21,686 nucleotides of DNA from Pseudomonadota bacterium (GCA_041178085.1 JBEGVZ010000005.1:1-21686), one strand, 5' to 3'; counted from the stretch's first letter, positions 8,539-16,755 are shown. A program made the numbers and translations. Notes: generated by a model from the sequence alone, not told the origin.

Positions 8539-9221
8539 AAATAAGGGGAAAACGGTGCGAGGCTCTTCTGGCCGGTGTTGTATTGCTGACATCTGCTGGA
8601 TGCCTGCCCAAGAAAAGCGATGGTTTCGAAGGGGGCTCCCGTGTCCGGACGCCGCGCCCGTCGCCGACTGCAATGCCAGGTTCCGCTTTGCCACCTGAAC
8701 AAAAATGCAAGGTGGCGGAACTCAGGGGCATCCAGATCGCGGGCGGGACTTCCAACGGCTTGCAGACGGCTTTTGTCGACCAGTCGCAGATGAGCCGAAA
8801 GGTCTTGATCGATTTGTCGCTGGGTCCCTGTACGACTGCCGGTGCACCGCCAGTTAAATTGGAGACTCGTTTCGACATCGATGCCGACTGGGTGACTGCT
8901 TCAGGGGAGAAGCTCTACGACGGTTTCACCCTCCCTTACTCAGTTCTTTCAGGCGGAACAAACCTGGGTAGTGGGAGGCTTGTCCTTCGTCGGGGGCAGG
9001 ACCTTTTTGGCAATGCGGGAGAGAAATACTTCATGCTGGCCAGTGACGTCGCACTGGGAATTCCTGCAGCGACGGAAGCAGCAACTCTGGTCATTGACTT
9101 GTCATCCACCAAAATAAAATCCCGGGACCCTGCGGTCTCCGGGACTTTTCAAGTGCCTCTTTACGTACAGGCCGGTGCGGTCCAGCCGATCAAGGGCATG
9201 GTTTCCGTGCGCGGCCAATAA
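8535..9221 (+). CDS. Hypothetical lipoprotein
   Basis: TTG overlaps the upstream TGA (TTGA); AGGAG at 8523-8527; lipobox TSAG-C; Pro-rich tether then beta-rich domain with a Cys pair. Confidence 0.8.
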   Translation: MKIRGKRCEALLAGVVLLTSAGCLPKKSDGFEGGSRVRTPRPSPTAMPGSALPPEQKCKVAELRGIQIAGGTSNGLQTAFVDQSQMSRKVLIDLSLGPCTTAGAPPVKLETRFDIDADWVTASGEKLYDGFTLPYSVLSGGTNLGSGRLVLRRGQDLFGNAGEKYFMLASDVALGIPAATEAATLVIDLSSTKIKSRDPAVSGTFQVPLYVQAGAVQPIKGMVSVRGQ

Positions 9222-9238
9222 ATTCCCCAGCGCGTCGC

Positions 9239-9652
9239 TCAGTTGAACTTGCAGATCATGGATTCGCTGTACGTGCGGCCGTTCAGGTTGACCTCGTTAT
9301 TGGCGCTGCCGTCACGCTTCACGACGAGCTTCGACCAAACGCGGCTTGAGATGCTGTCGTCGAAAGACAGTTCGAGGGCGTCGTAGACATCAGCGGTGAC
9401 GTCTGCAGGGACCGTCTCAGCAAACAGGATGAACGGCTTGCTGGCGAGGTTTTCGTCAACGAGGAGTTCTTCAACGCTCTCTACGGCCCATGCCTGGTGA
9501 GCCTCAAAGCTGTATTCGCGAACGAGAGCTTGACGAGTCTGGTAGTCGATAGCCACGCGGGTCACATACTCGCGGGAATGCGGGTCTCCGCCATGGTTGG
9601 AAAATACCGTGGTGCAGGTCAAGGCGAGGGAGGCGAGGGTGCTGGCGAACAT
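9239..9652 (-). CDS. Small hypothetical, probably secreted protein
   Basis: 137 aa; GGAG 7 nt upstream; short hydrophobic N terminus; one Cys near each end (LTC..MICK), consistent with a disulfide-closed beta protein. Confidence 0.72.
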   Translation of the reverse strand: MFASTLASLALTCTTVFSNHGGDPHSREYVTRVAIDYQTRQALVREYSFEAHQAWAVESVEELLVDENLASKPFILFAETVPADVTADVYDALELSFDDSISSRVWSKLVVKRDGSANNEVNLNGRTYSESMICKFN

Positions 9653-9801
9653 AAAAAAGCTCCGTTTTTATGGATTTTAATAGAACCAACGGCGGGTTTC
9701 TAATGCTTTCTGTGATAATTTTCAAGCATAAAAATCTGATATCTTTAGGAAATGCATCCTTTACAGTGCCACATTGATTGAGACCGATCCGGGAGGGCCT
9801 C

Positions 9802-10419
9802 GTGCGCACGATCATGATCATTTTTGGCTATCAGGACGGGTGGTTGCGACCGGGTTACTCCCACACTTTCGCAACTTTTGCCAAAGTTGATTCCAGCGCC
9901 GGGCAGATGATGCTGCACGAAACCGTCGACATCAGCTGGCTTCCGGACAAGCTCCGCCCGGGTCAGCAGATCTGGGATTGGGTGCTACCGGTAAAAGGGC
10001 GAAACTTCAGCCTTAAGGAATCGTTTGAGTGTGCAGCAGCGCCGGGGCTTAAGCTCAAGACGTTTGGGCCTGTGGAAGTCAGCCCGGAACTCTACGAAGC
10101 GGCTCGCTTGAAGTCCGAGCGCCTGGCAAGCGGAAAGATCGCTTACGTGATGCTCGACAATCTTTTCCGTGGTCGGGTCATGGGCGGTCAAGAGGGCGCT
10201 GCTTCGAACTGCATTCATGCCGTGAGCGACCTTGGACTAGCAGCTCCCTTGATCTCGCACGTGACCTACGGCCATAAGGCGAGTGAGTTGGTCTTTCAAC
10301 ACTTCTCGCCCTTCGTAAACAAGGGTGCGTCTGGTTTGGTAATTGCCCAAGCCGCTGAACTGTTAAAACAGTCTTTCAGTGGTTTAGGCCTAAAGCCCTC
10401 GTTACCCGACGTAGCCTGA
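9802..10419 (+). CDS. Hypothetical protein, putative permuted papain-like (His...Asn-Cys) hydrolase
   Basis: GTG 9802 with GGAGG at 9792-9796 (ORF track starts at 9778). Motifs YSHTFATF, ISWLP and SNCIHAVSD. Confidence 0.7.
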   Translation: MRTIMIIFGYQDGWLRPGYSHTFATFAKVDSSAGQMMLHETVDISWLPDKLRPGQQIWDWVLPVKGRNFSLKESFECAAAPGLKLKTFGPVEVSPELYEAARLKSERLASGKIAYVMLDNLFRGRVMGGQEGAASNCIHAVSDLGLAAPLISHVTYGHKASELVFQHFSPFVNKGASGLVIAQAAELLKQSFSGLGLKPSLPDVA

Positions 10420-10443
10420 TTTTGCCTGATCAGTCCTGCCTAT

Positions 10444-10471
10444 TTGACCTGCCCCGGGCGGGTGCTACTCT
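10444..10471 (+). promoter_or_regulatory. sigma70-like promoter
   Basis: TTGACC-N16-TACTCT with extended -10 TG at 10463-10464, upstream of the 10517 gene. Confidence 0.4.
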
Positions 10472-10516
10472 TTTCGTACATCCACTCGCCTTTCTACCGA
10501 CCCCGGAGGTGAATTC

Positions 10517-12130
10517 ATGAAAACGCAAGTCAAACGGAGTGCAGCAGTCGCAGCGATCGCGATCGCAACAGCGGTGGCAGCGACGAACTGCGGCAAGAAA
10601 GACAGCAGCGACGATAGCGGCGATACCAGCACCGAAGCGCTGACCCTGAGCTATCCGCTAGGTCTTTCTCTTTCTGTGGCTCCTCAGACTAATTCCTCGA
10701 CTGCGCTGGCTCTGCTTGATGAGAAAGAGCCGAGCGTGAAGGTCAAGAACGAGGAAGCTGGCAAGATGATCCGTGGCGAAGCAGACAGCTGTTTTCCACC
10801 GGCTTTGGGCAAAGCAGATGGAGCGCCGTTGGACGAGAAGTGCTACGAATTTGACTCCGAGATGATCTACATCAAAAGTGGCAGCACTTTTGTCAACGGC
10901 ACGAAAGACGGGACATCTGTAACCGCAACTGGCGAAGCCTGCATGGTGACATATACGCGCAGCCAGGTGAAGCGGATCACATCCATGGTCGACCGGACCT
11001 TGGGTATGGTTCAGATGATGCTTTGCCAAGCCAAAAAAGCAGGGCAGGGCGCGCCCACCAGTGATGGCGGTTCTGTGGACTTCAAGGCGATCATGACCGC
11101 TGCAATCACAGCAGCGGGAAAAAATCCGGATCACTTGCCTTTTAACAGCGCAAAGATAACGAAGGTCGGGGATAACTTTGTCACGGAAGCCGAGATGAAG
11201 ATGCCGGCTGCGCCTGGGACCGCGCCCGGTGCAAATGATCCGACAGAAAAAATTACGCTGACACATAAACCGACCAATGCGGACAACACAGAGTTTGAGG
11301 GAAGCGTGGTCATTCGCCGTTCGAAGGAATTCGGCGGTGGCGACAAAGAGCGGATCCTGACCATCAACTACGTGCGTTCCGCAGGCCGCGTGAAATATCG
11401 TCTGCTGACTGCTGCGATGAATAAAGCAATATCTGGTTCCGCTGTGGACGCTGACGGTAAACTTGATTTGAACGTTAGCACTAATGCTGCTGGTGCGTAT
11501 CTCGATCCTGCAACGGGCAATCCCTACGCCCAGCAGAATGATGCCGTCAGTGGGATTCTGGCGGTCTCCTTCAATATGAACCCAGACAATGACACGGGTA
11601 ACTTTTCCTACTGGCAAAATCCTGGTGCTGGATATGACGAGCAGACACGAGGATTTGTCTTCAAGATGGACGCTGATTCATCCGGAAACCTTTACGGATG
11701 TTCTTCCTCCGGAGCAAATTCTGGCGGCAGTATTCGAAAGGCAATGAAGACCGGTTCCGCGATTGCTCCAGACCGTTCATACCACCCGTTCGCTTGTGGA
11801 AACGGCGCTGGCTCCGCGCAATCCCCATGCACGGATACGGAGAACAGTCCCGGGTCGGATGGGGATGGTTCCTTCTATTCACCCAGCCGGAACGGTCAGA
11901 CCATCAAGATGTACGTGCCGGCAGTCGCAGATGCCAACACGACGGGTCGCCAGTGGGCATATCGTCAGCACACCAACAATGTCGCCGTCCAGTGCTTCAA
12001 GCAAAACAGCACGGGCGTCTACGAAATCGATGGCAGCGCCATGACCAACGAGGGCACGGCCGGCTTTGAGTTGGTCGCGTCTTCCGCATCGACCCTGCCA
12101 CCACCGCCTGATTTGACCGGTGTGAAGTAA
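10517..12130 (+). CDS. Hypothetical Cys-containing lipoprotein (537 aa)
   Basis: GGAGGT RBS; signal MKTQVKRSAAVAAIAIATAVAATN-C then GKKD; strong terminator downstream. Confidence 0.87.
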   Translation: MKTQVKRSAAVAAIAIATAVAATNCGKKDSSDDSGDTSTEALTLSYPLGLSLSVAPQTNSSTALALLDEKEPSVKVKNEEAGKMIRGEADSCFPPALGKADGAPLDEKCYEFDSEMIYIKSGSTFVNGTKDGTSVTATGEACMVTYTRSQVKRITSMVDRTLGMVQMMLCQAKKAGQGAPTSDGGSVDFKAIMTAAITAAGKNPDHLPFNSAKITKVGDNFVTEAEMKMPAAPGTAPGANDPTEKITLTHKPTNADNTEFEGSVVIRRSKEFGGGDKERILTINYVRSAGRVKYRLLTAAMNKAISGSAVDADGKLDLNVSTNAAGAYLDPATGNPYAQQNDAVSGILAVSFNMNPDNDTGNFSYWQNPGAGYDEQTRGFVFKMDADSSGNLYGCSSSGANSGGSIRKAMKTGSAIAPDRSYHPFACGNGAGSAQSPCTDTENSPGSDGDGSFYSPSRNGQTIKMYVPAVADANTTGRQWAYRQHTNNVAVQCFKQNSTGVYEIDGSAMTNEGTAGFELVASSASTLPPPPDLTGVK

Positions 12131-12170
12131 GGTTTTTGCTCAAGGGTTCTCCTGGGTGACTCCAGAGAAG

Positions 12171-12207
12171 AAAGCCCCCCGGAAACGGGGGGCTTTTTAT
12201 TTTCTTT
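12171..12207. terminator. Rho-independent terminator, probably bidirectional
   Basis: AAAGCCCCCCG-GAAA-CGGGGGGCTTT followed by TTATTTTCTTT, between convergent genes. Confidence 0.9.
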
Positions 12208-12215
12208 CGTCTGAG

Positions 12216-13973
12216 TCAAAGGGCAGGGGATTTAAGCAGTATCTTTCCAGGTTCGTTCAGATCGCGGGCGACAATCTGTTCCGTTGAGACGGTAAACAGC
12301 ATTCCGTCAAACTTGAAGGCGCGTCGGATTTGTCCGGATTGTGTGATGAACACTTTTTCAGCCAACACGTCGGTACCGACATCCAGGATCATGGCACCGC
12401 CGCTGACCGGGACAAAGGCCGTCTGCATTTCCGGGTCGTACATGAAGGCTTTGTAGTCATGGTTGGCTTCCGATTGACCTTGTTTTTTGATGACAGACTT
12501 TTCCTTGAGGTCTTCCGGCTTTGAAGTGTCAAAGAGCGAGACTTTTACTTCTCCAGTTCTGCGGCCGGATTCTGTGGCTTCGACACCAACACCAAGAAGC
12601 CTGCCATCGGCAACCGGGTGGAGGTATTCGGAGAAGCCTGGAATTTTCAGCTCGCCCAAAATCTTTGGTGCTGCTGGATCTTTCAGGCTGATGGCATAGA
12701 GCGGGTCTGTTTGACGGAAAGTAACGACATAGGCCATCTCATCCACGTAGCGCACGGCCATGATGTTTTCCCCCGGGGCGATGCCAGTTACCTTGCCAGC
12801 TTCAAGGAGGGTTGCTCCCTCTTGCTTGATGATAAAAAGGTTGTTGGCACGGGCTGAAGGCATTGGCATGGGTTGTATGCTTACGGGCTCATCAGTCCAA
12901 CCGCCCATTGTGGGCTTCGCATCCGGTTTGTATTTAGAGTTGGTGGCTAGAACCAAGTAGCGCGTGCCAGCAAGGGTCACTTCGCGCATGGCAAAGTCGT
13001 CCTGCATGAAGCCGGGGGCTTTCCCACTTGCAGTGAATTGCAAGGTTCCCGACTGCGCATCGAAGCGGATCTTGTGAATTCCAGTGACGTCATTCCACGG
13101 GTTTTCTGAGAGGTAAAGGTTCTCTTCGTTCATGTAAATGCGGGAGCTTGCGGCAAGGGCGGCCACAATACTCTCCTGCTTTTCGGGGCTGTGCAGGTTC
13201 AGTGCGAGCACACGTGTCAGTCCCAGGCCTTCAGCGTCGACTTGTGGCTTGGCGACGCTGGTACATTCGACACCAGCGACTTTACCCCCTTCTGGTTTCT
13301 CCTTGCCGGTCAACTGATACTGAAAAATTGCAACGAGGTGCCCACCAGTGACGCGCGAATTGATGACCGGGTGCTCGAATTTTTTTTCAACGATCAGTGA
13401 TGGGCCAGCGTTTTCAGCGAGTGAAAAGATACTGATGGAGGAACCAGTGCGGAAATCATTTACGATAACAGCAAGGCGATCTCCGTCGATGTAAATACCT
13501 GTGATCTGCTGACCGCTCGCTTGATAGAGCTTGCCTGCGTAGGTGAGGCTTTTCCGGTGCAAGATCGTTAATTTATTCCGTCGTGCGATGACGATGTGAT
13601 GCTTGCCAACTGCCGTGAAGTCCGCTTCTGCGACTCCCCGTTCCTGCCGGTTGCCAATGATTTCGCTGTTTGCTGCTGAAGACGGCAGGCTATCGGCGGG
13701 TGTGCCGATCCTGGTAGAGGCATTCCAGGGCGTTCTGTCTTCTATATTTCTTCGCTGCTCTATGTTTGCCAGGGTGCCAAGCAGATGATTTGTGAGTTCC
13801 TCACATGATTTAAACATTTCGATCGGAGAGACAGCCAGAGTTGGCTGGTGTTGCGATTCACCAGAAAACGAGCGTTTTGCAGTTACTTGCTGGTCGCACG
13901 CACCGACTAGAAAAGCTGCTAAGGTGGCAGTAAATGCCATGGATTGACGTTTCAAAACTTTATGGTGATGCAT
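12216..13973 (-). CDS. Beta-propeller domain (Beta_propel / PF09826-type) lipoprotein
   Basis: ATG 13973 with AGGAGG 5 nt upstream; lipobox LVGA-C. Family motifs NRQERGVAEAD and GENIMAVRY..YVVTFRQTDPLYAISLKDP..PKILGELKIPGFSEYLHP. Confidence 0.9.
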   Translation of the reverse strand: MHHHKVLKRQSMAFTATLAAFLVGACDQQVTAKRSFSGESQHQPTLAVSPIEMFKSCEELTNHLLGTLANIEQRRNIEDRTPWNASTRIGTPADSLPSSAANSEIIGNRQERGVAEADFTAVGKHHIVIARRNKLTILHRKSLTYAGKLYQASGQQITGIYIDGDRLAVIVNDFRTGSSISIFSLAENAGPSLIVEKKFEHPVINSRVTGGHLVAIFQYQLTGKEKPEGGKVAGVECTSVAKPQVDAEGLGLTRVLALNLHSPEKQESIVAALAASSRIYMNEENLYLSENPWNDVTGIHKIRFDAQSGTLQFTASGKAPGFMQDDFAMREVTLAGTRYLVLATNSKYKPDAKPTMGGWTDEPVSIQPMPMPSARANNLFIIKQEGATLLEAGKVTGIAPGENIMAVRYVDEMAYVVTFRQTDPLYAISLKDPAAPKILGELKIPGFSEYLHPVADGRLLGVGVEATESGRRTGEVKVSLFDTSKPEDLKEKSVIKKQGQSEANHDYKAFMYDPEMQTAFVPVSGGAMILDVGTDVLAEKVFITQSGQIRRAFKFDGMLFTVSTEQIVARDLNEPGKILLKSPAL

Positions 13974-14155
13974 GTTGACCTCCTGAAGTGGGCACCTTTT
14001 CGGCATTGCACCGGCTGGTCAGGACTGGAACAGGCGTGAAACCGTATTCATGCGTATACGGTGCCTTGCGATGCGTCGCACCACAGTCTGAATGGATCAT
14101 TGAATACAAGTTAGCGATAATAAAATAAGTAATTACAGCTACTTGAAGGTAAGGC

Positions 14156-14183
14156 TCAAGAAAACGCTGATTTATTCCGAATA
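14156..14183 (+). promoter_or_regulatory. sigma28-like promoter of the TIGR02147 operon
   Basis: TCAAG...TCCGAATA (TCAA-N16-TCCGAATA), ending 9 nt before the ATG; no SD present. Confidence 0.5.
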
Positions 14184-14192
14184 CGTCCAAGT

Positions 14193-15092
14193 ATGAAGAA
14201 TCCGGTGCTCGAAATTTTTGGCTTCCTTGATTACCGGCGCTACCTTGCTGCGGTATACGATGGGCGCAAGGCTTCGCGTGGCTTCAGCTTCCGGGCTTTC
14301 TCGAAGCTGGCTGGTTTCAGTTCTCCGAATTTCATGAAACTTGTCATCGACGGGGAGCGTAACCTCAGTCCCCAAGCAGCAGTAAAAGTGGCGCACGGTT
14401 TAAAGCTCCAAGGACACGCCCTGGAATACTTCAAGGTACTGGTCGCGATGAACCAGACACCAGACGACTCGGAACGTGTTGCCTTGTTGTCGCGCCTGCA
14501 AGCATTAATGCCCCACGGCCGTCGTCGTGAAATCGGTGCCGAGGGTGTCCAGTATTTGAGTTCCTGGCTTTATCCTGTTATCCGCGACCTGATTGCATCG
14601 AATGATTTCCGCGAAGATCCCTATTGGATTTCTCGACGCCTGCGTGGACGCGTTGCCGCCGAAGAAGCTCGTAACGCCATCGCATTTCTTCTTCAGCATG
14701 GTTATGTGCGCCGCAATGACGCCGGTCGCCTTGAGGCAGCCGATGACGTGGTCATTTCGACAGATGAAGTGCGCAGCCTGGCCGTGCGGTCCTACCACAG
14801 GGCGATGCTGGGTGAAGCGATTGAAGCCCTCTCAAGTGTCGCGGTGGAGGAACGCGAGTATGGCGCTCTTACGGTCGCTATCCCACGCGCGGCGCTGCCT
14901 GAGTTGAAGTCGCGGATCAAGGCGTTCAGGAAGGAACTGCATACCTGGATCATGGCCCAGGCAGCGACGAATGGCGTTCAACCGGACAACGAGATAATCC
15001 AGTTAAACATCCAGATGTTTCCGCATACCGGGCAGGGATCGTCAAAAACGACTGGCTCGGAAGAGGAAGAAGCGAAAGGGGCCGTGGCATGA
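14193..15092 (+). CDS. TIGR02147 family (HTH + DUF4423) putative DNA-binding regulator
   Basis: Hallmark sequences DYRRYL..FSFRAFSKLAGFSSPNFMKLVIDGERNLS, YLSSWLYPVIRDL, VRSYHRAML..A.EAL and QLNIQMFP. Confidence 0.92.
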   Translation: MKNPVLEIFGFLDYRRYLAAVYDGRKASRGFSFRAFSKLAGFSSPNFMKLVIDGERNLSPQAAVKVAHGLKLQGHALEYFKVLVAMNQTPDDSERVALLSRLQALMPHGRRREIGAEGVQYLSSWLYPVIRDLIASNDFREDPYWISRRLRGRVAAEEARNAIAFLLQHGYVRRNDAGRLEAADDVVISTDEVRSLAVRSYHRAMLGEAIEALSSVAVEEREYGALTVAIPRAALPELKSRIKAFRKELHTWIMAQAATNGVQPDNEIIQLNIQMFPHTGQGSSKTTGSEEEEAKGAVA

Positions 15093-15700
15093 GGACCATT
15101 CTGCTTCAAGGGATGTTTTTTTTGACTTTCTTTCAAGCTTGCGCCCCGCAAGGCACGGAAGTAGGCAACGGCGCGAAGCCACCCGCAGATCAAGGAGTTG
15201 GCTCTGGCAATAACCGGTCGGATGGGGGAGTCGACAACGTCACTCCGCAAGTAGGCATGCCAAGCGGAACGGTCGTCGGTGACAAGGTTGCGGAACTCCT
15301 GTCTTCGACATGCCACTCCTTGGTGACAGCTTCACGGCCCGGGATATCAGTCACAAGGTATACTCTTAGCGGGGCGTTGCCAGTCCGGTCGGCTGTTGGG
15401 GTCGCAGAAGCGCGGGAATTGAAAGTGATAGCTGGGCCAGCGCCGCAAATGATGCTGGGTAAAGCAGAGTTGAAGCGTGGTGAACGCAACCAGGGTGATC
15501 TGGTGTGCGTTGGCGAGGAATCAATTGAGACGACTGCGGGTGAAGGCGGGATATCCATCCTGACCTTGTTATCCCGTTTGAAGTACGGCGCCATTGAGTA
15601 CTCTGTGACCATAGAACGCCACCAGTCGAGCACCACCTCCAGCCTGCAACGGGTCGAAATCCGCGGTCCAGGCAGTTTCCTTATCGAGTGGCGGAATTGA
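15089..15700 (+). CDS. Hypothetical lipoprotein coupled to TIGR02147
   Basis: ATGA overlap with the upstream stop; lipobox FFQA-C followed by GTEVGNG. Confidence 0.75.
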   Translation: MRTILLQGMFFLTFFQACAPQGTEVGNGAKPPADQGVGSGNNRSDGGVDNVTPQVGMPSGTVVGDKVAELLSSTCHSLVTASRPGISVTRYTLSGALPVRSAVGVAEARELKVIAGPAPQMMLGKAELKRGERNQGDLVCVGEESIETTAGEGGISILTLLSRLKYGAIEYSVTIERHQSSTTSSLQRVEIRGPGSFLIEWRN

Positions 15701-15792
15701 TGTTCTGGTTTTTGACATGTCTAACTCAGATGACCGTATTCACTGATGTTTATTTCGATAAACGAGCGCATTCAGGCCGCGGCAGGACGGAA

Positions 15793-15820
15793 TAAAGTTC
15801 ACCGGTGAAAATTCCGTACT
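15793..15820 (+). promoter_or_regulatory. sigma28-like promoter with a palindrome in the spacer
   Basis: TAAAGTTC...TCCGTACT (TAAA-N16; weak -10). Perfect palindrome TTCACCGGTGAA at 15798-15809. Confidence 0.45.
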
Positions 15821-15826
15821 GTCTGT

Positions 15827-16741
15827 ATGGATCAAAAACGATCGATTGCCATACCCCTCTCAGTCACTAGCTTGCTGTTTGCTTTCATTGCGGCCTGCGG
15901 TGAAAGGGGAGGAGATTCAGGACTCACGCGCACAGAAGCGCGCCTTGCAGGCCCGTCGGGTAAAGGCACGTGCTTGAAAGTGGCCAACGGTGTAGAGACG
16001 CCCCAGATGTCCGGCGTTGTCGTGGTACGGACGGCAGGGGGAGGATTATGCACGGGCACTTTTCTGGGTGACAATGCTGTTGTTACCGCTGCCCATTGCA
16101 TCGATGCAAGCCCCTCAGGGAATGTAAAGATCTGGGGGGAGATACCGCCTAAAGCCGTATTCCACGCAGGGATTGCCGGGGAGGCTGCGTTTGATCAAAC
16201 CCCTTCTCTGGACATTGCCGTGTTGTTGTTACCAGACAATTCCAGCCGTGCTTGGCGGAAGATTGCTTCCGTGCCGCCGAGAGTTGGTGATCAGCTGACG
16301 GTAGCAGGATTCGGGCGGACATCTGCCCTGAACGGTGGCCCGCCCGATGGCAAGTTAAGGTACGGGTTCAACAAGGTAGGCGCTGTTTCCGTTGAAGAAG
16401 CGATTATGGTTTACGATGCGCCCACGGAGTACAAAGGAGTTGCTGTCGGGGAGGAATCCATGGGGGCACCTGGGGATTCGGGGGGGCCGATCATAGTCGG
16501 AAATGGCTTGGTCGGACTCACCAGCGGTGGTGGACTTGATGAAAGAGCCAACCGGGTCGTCGGCGTGAACTTTTTGCTCTTTTCCGCCCCGGCCCTGAAA
16601 GCGATGGAAGCAGCCGAGGCCAGGGGGGCGCATATCAACGGCATTAACAATGTCCGCAAGGCATTGGGAGTCAAAGTCCAGGATGATACGTCCTCAGACA
16701 AAGAATCAATGGTGAGTGAAGCAGACGATTCGTCCTGTTGA
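15827..16741 (+). CDS. S1 family (trypsin-like) serine protease, lipoprotein
   Basis: Lipobox FIAA-C; catalytic motifs CTGT..VVTAAHC, LDIAVL and GDSGGP. Confidence 0.93.
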   Translation: MDQKRSIAIPLSVTSLLFAFIAACGERGGDSGLTRTEARLAGPSGKGTCLKVANGVETPQMSGVVVVRTAGGGLCTGTFLGDNAVVTAAHCIDASPSGNVKIWGEIPPKAVFHAGIAGEAAFDQTPSLDIAVLLLPDNSSRAWRKIASVPPRVGDQLTVAGFGRTSALNGGPPDGKLRYGFNKVGAVSVEEAIMVYDAPTEYKGVAVGEESMGAPGDSGGPIIVGNGLVGLTSGGGLDERANRVVGVNFLLFSAPALKAMEAAEARGAHINGINNVRKALGVKVQDDTSSDKESMVSEADDSSC

Positions 16742-16755
16742 GCAGTTAAAAAAAG

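Noticed and set aside
9762..9790. sigma28 promoter TACAG...ACCGATCC upstream of the 9802 gene
   Set aside because: Both boxes are degenerate and the spacing is longer than at the other sites.
10658..11617. 319-aa minus-strand ORF
   Set aside because: Entirely antisense to the 537-aa lipoprotein, with no recognisable motifs; typical shadow ORF.
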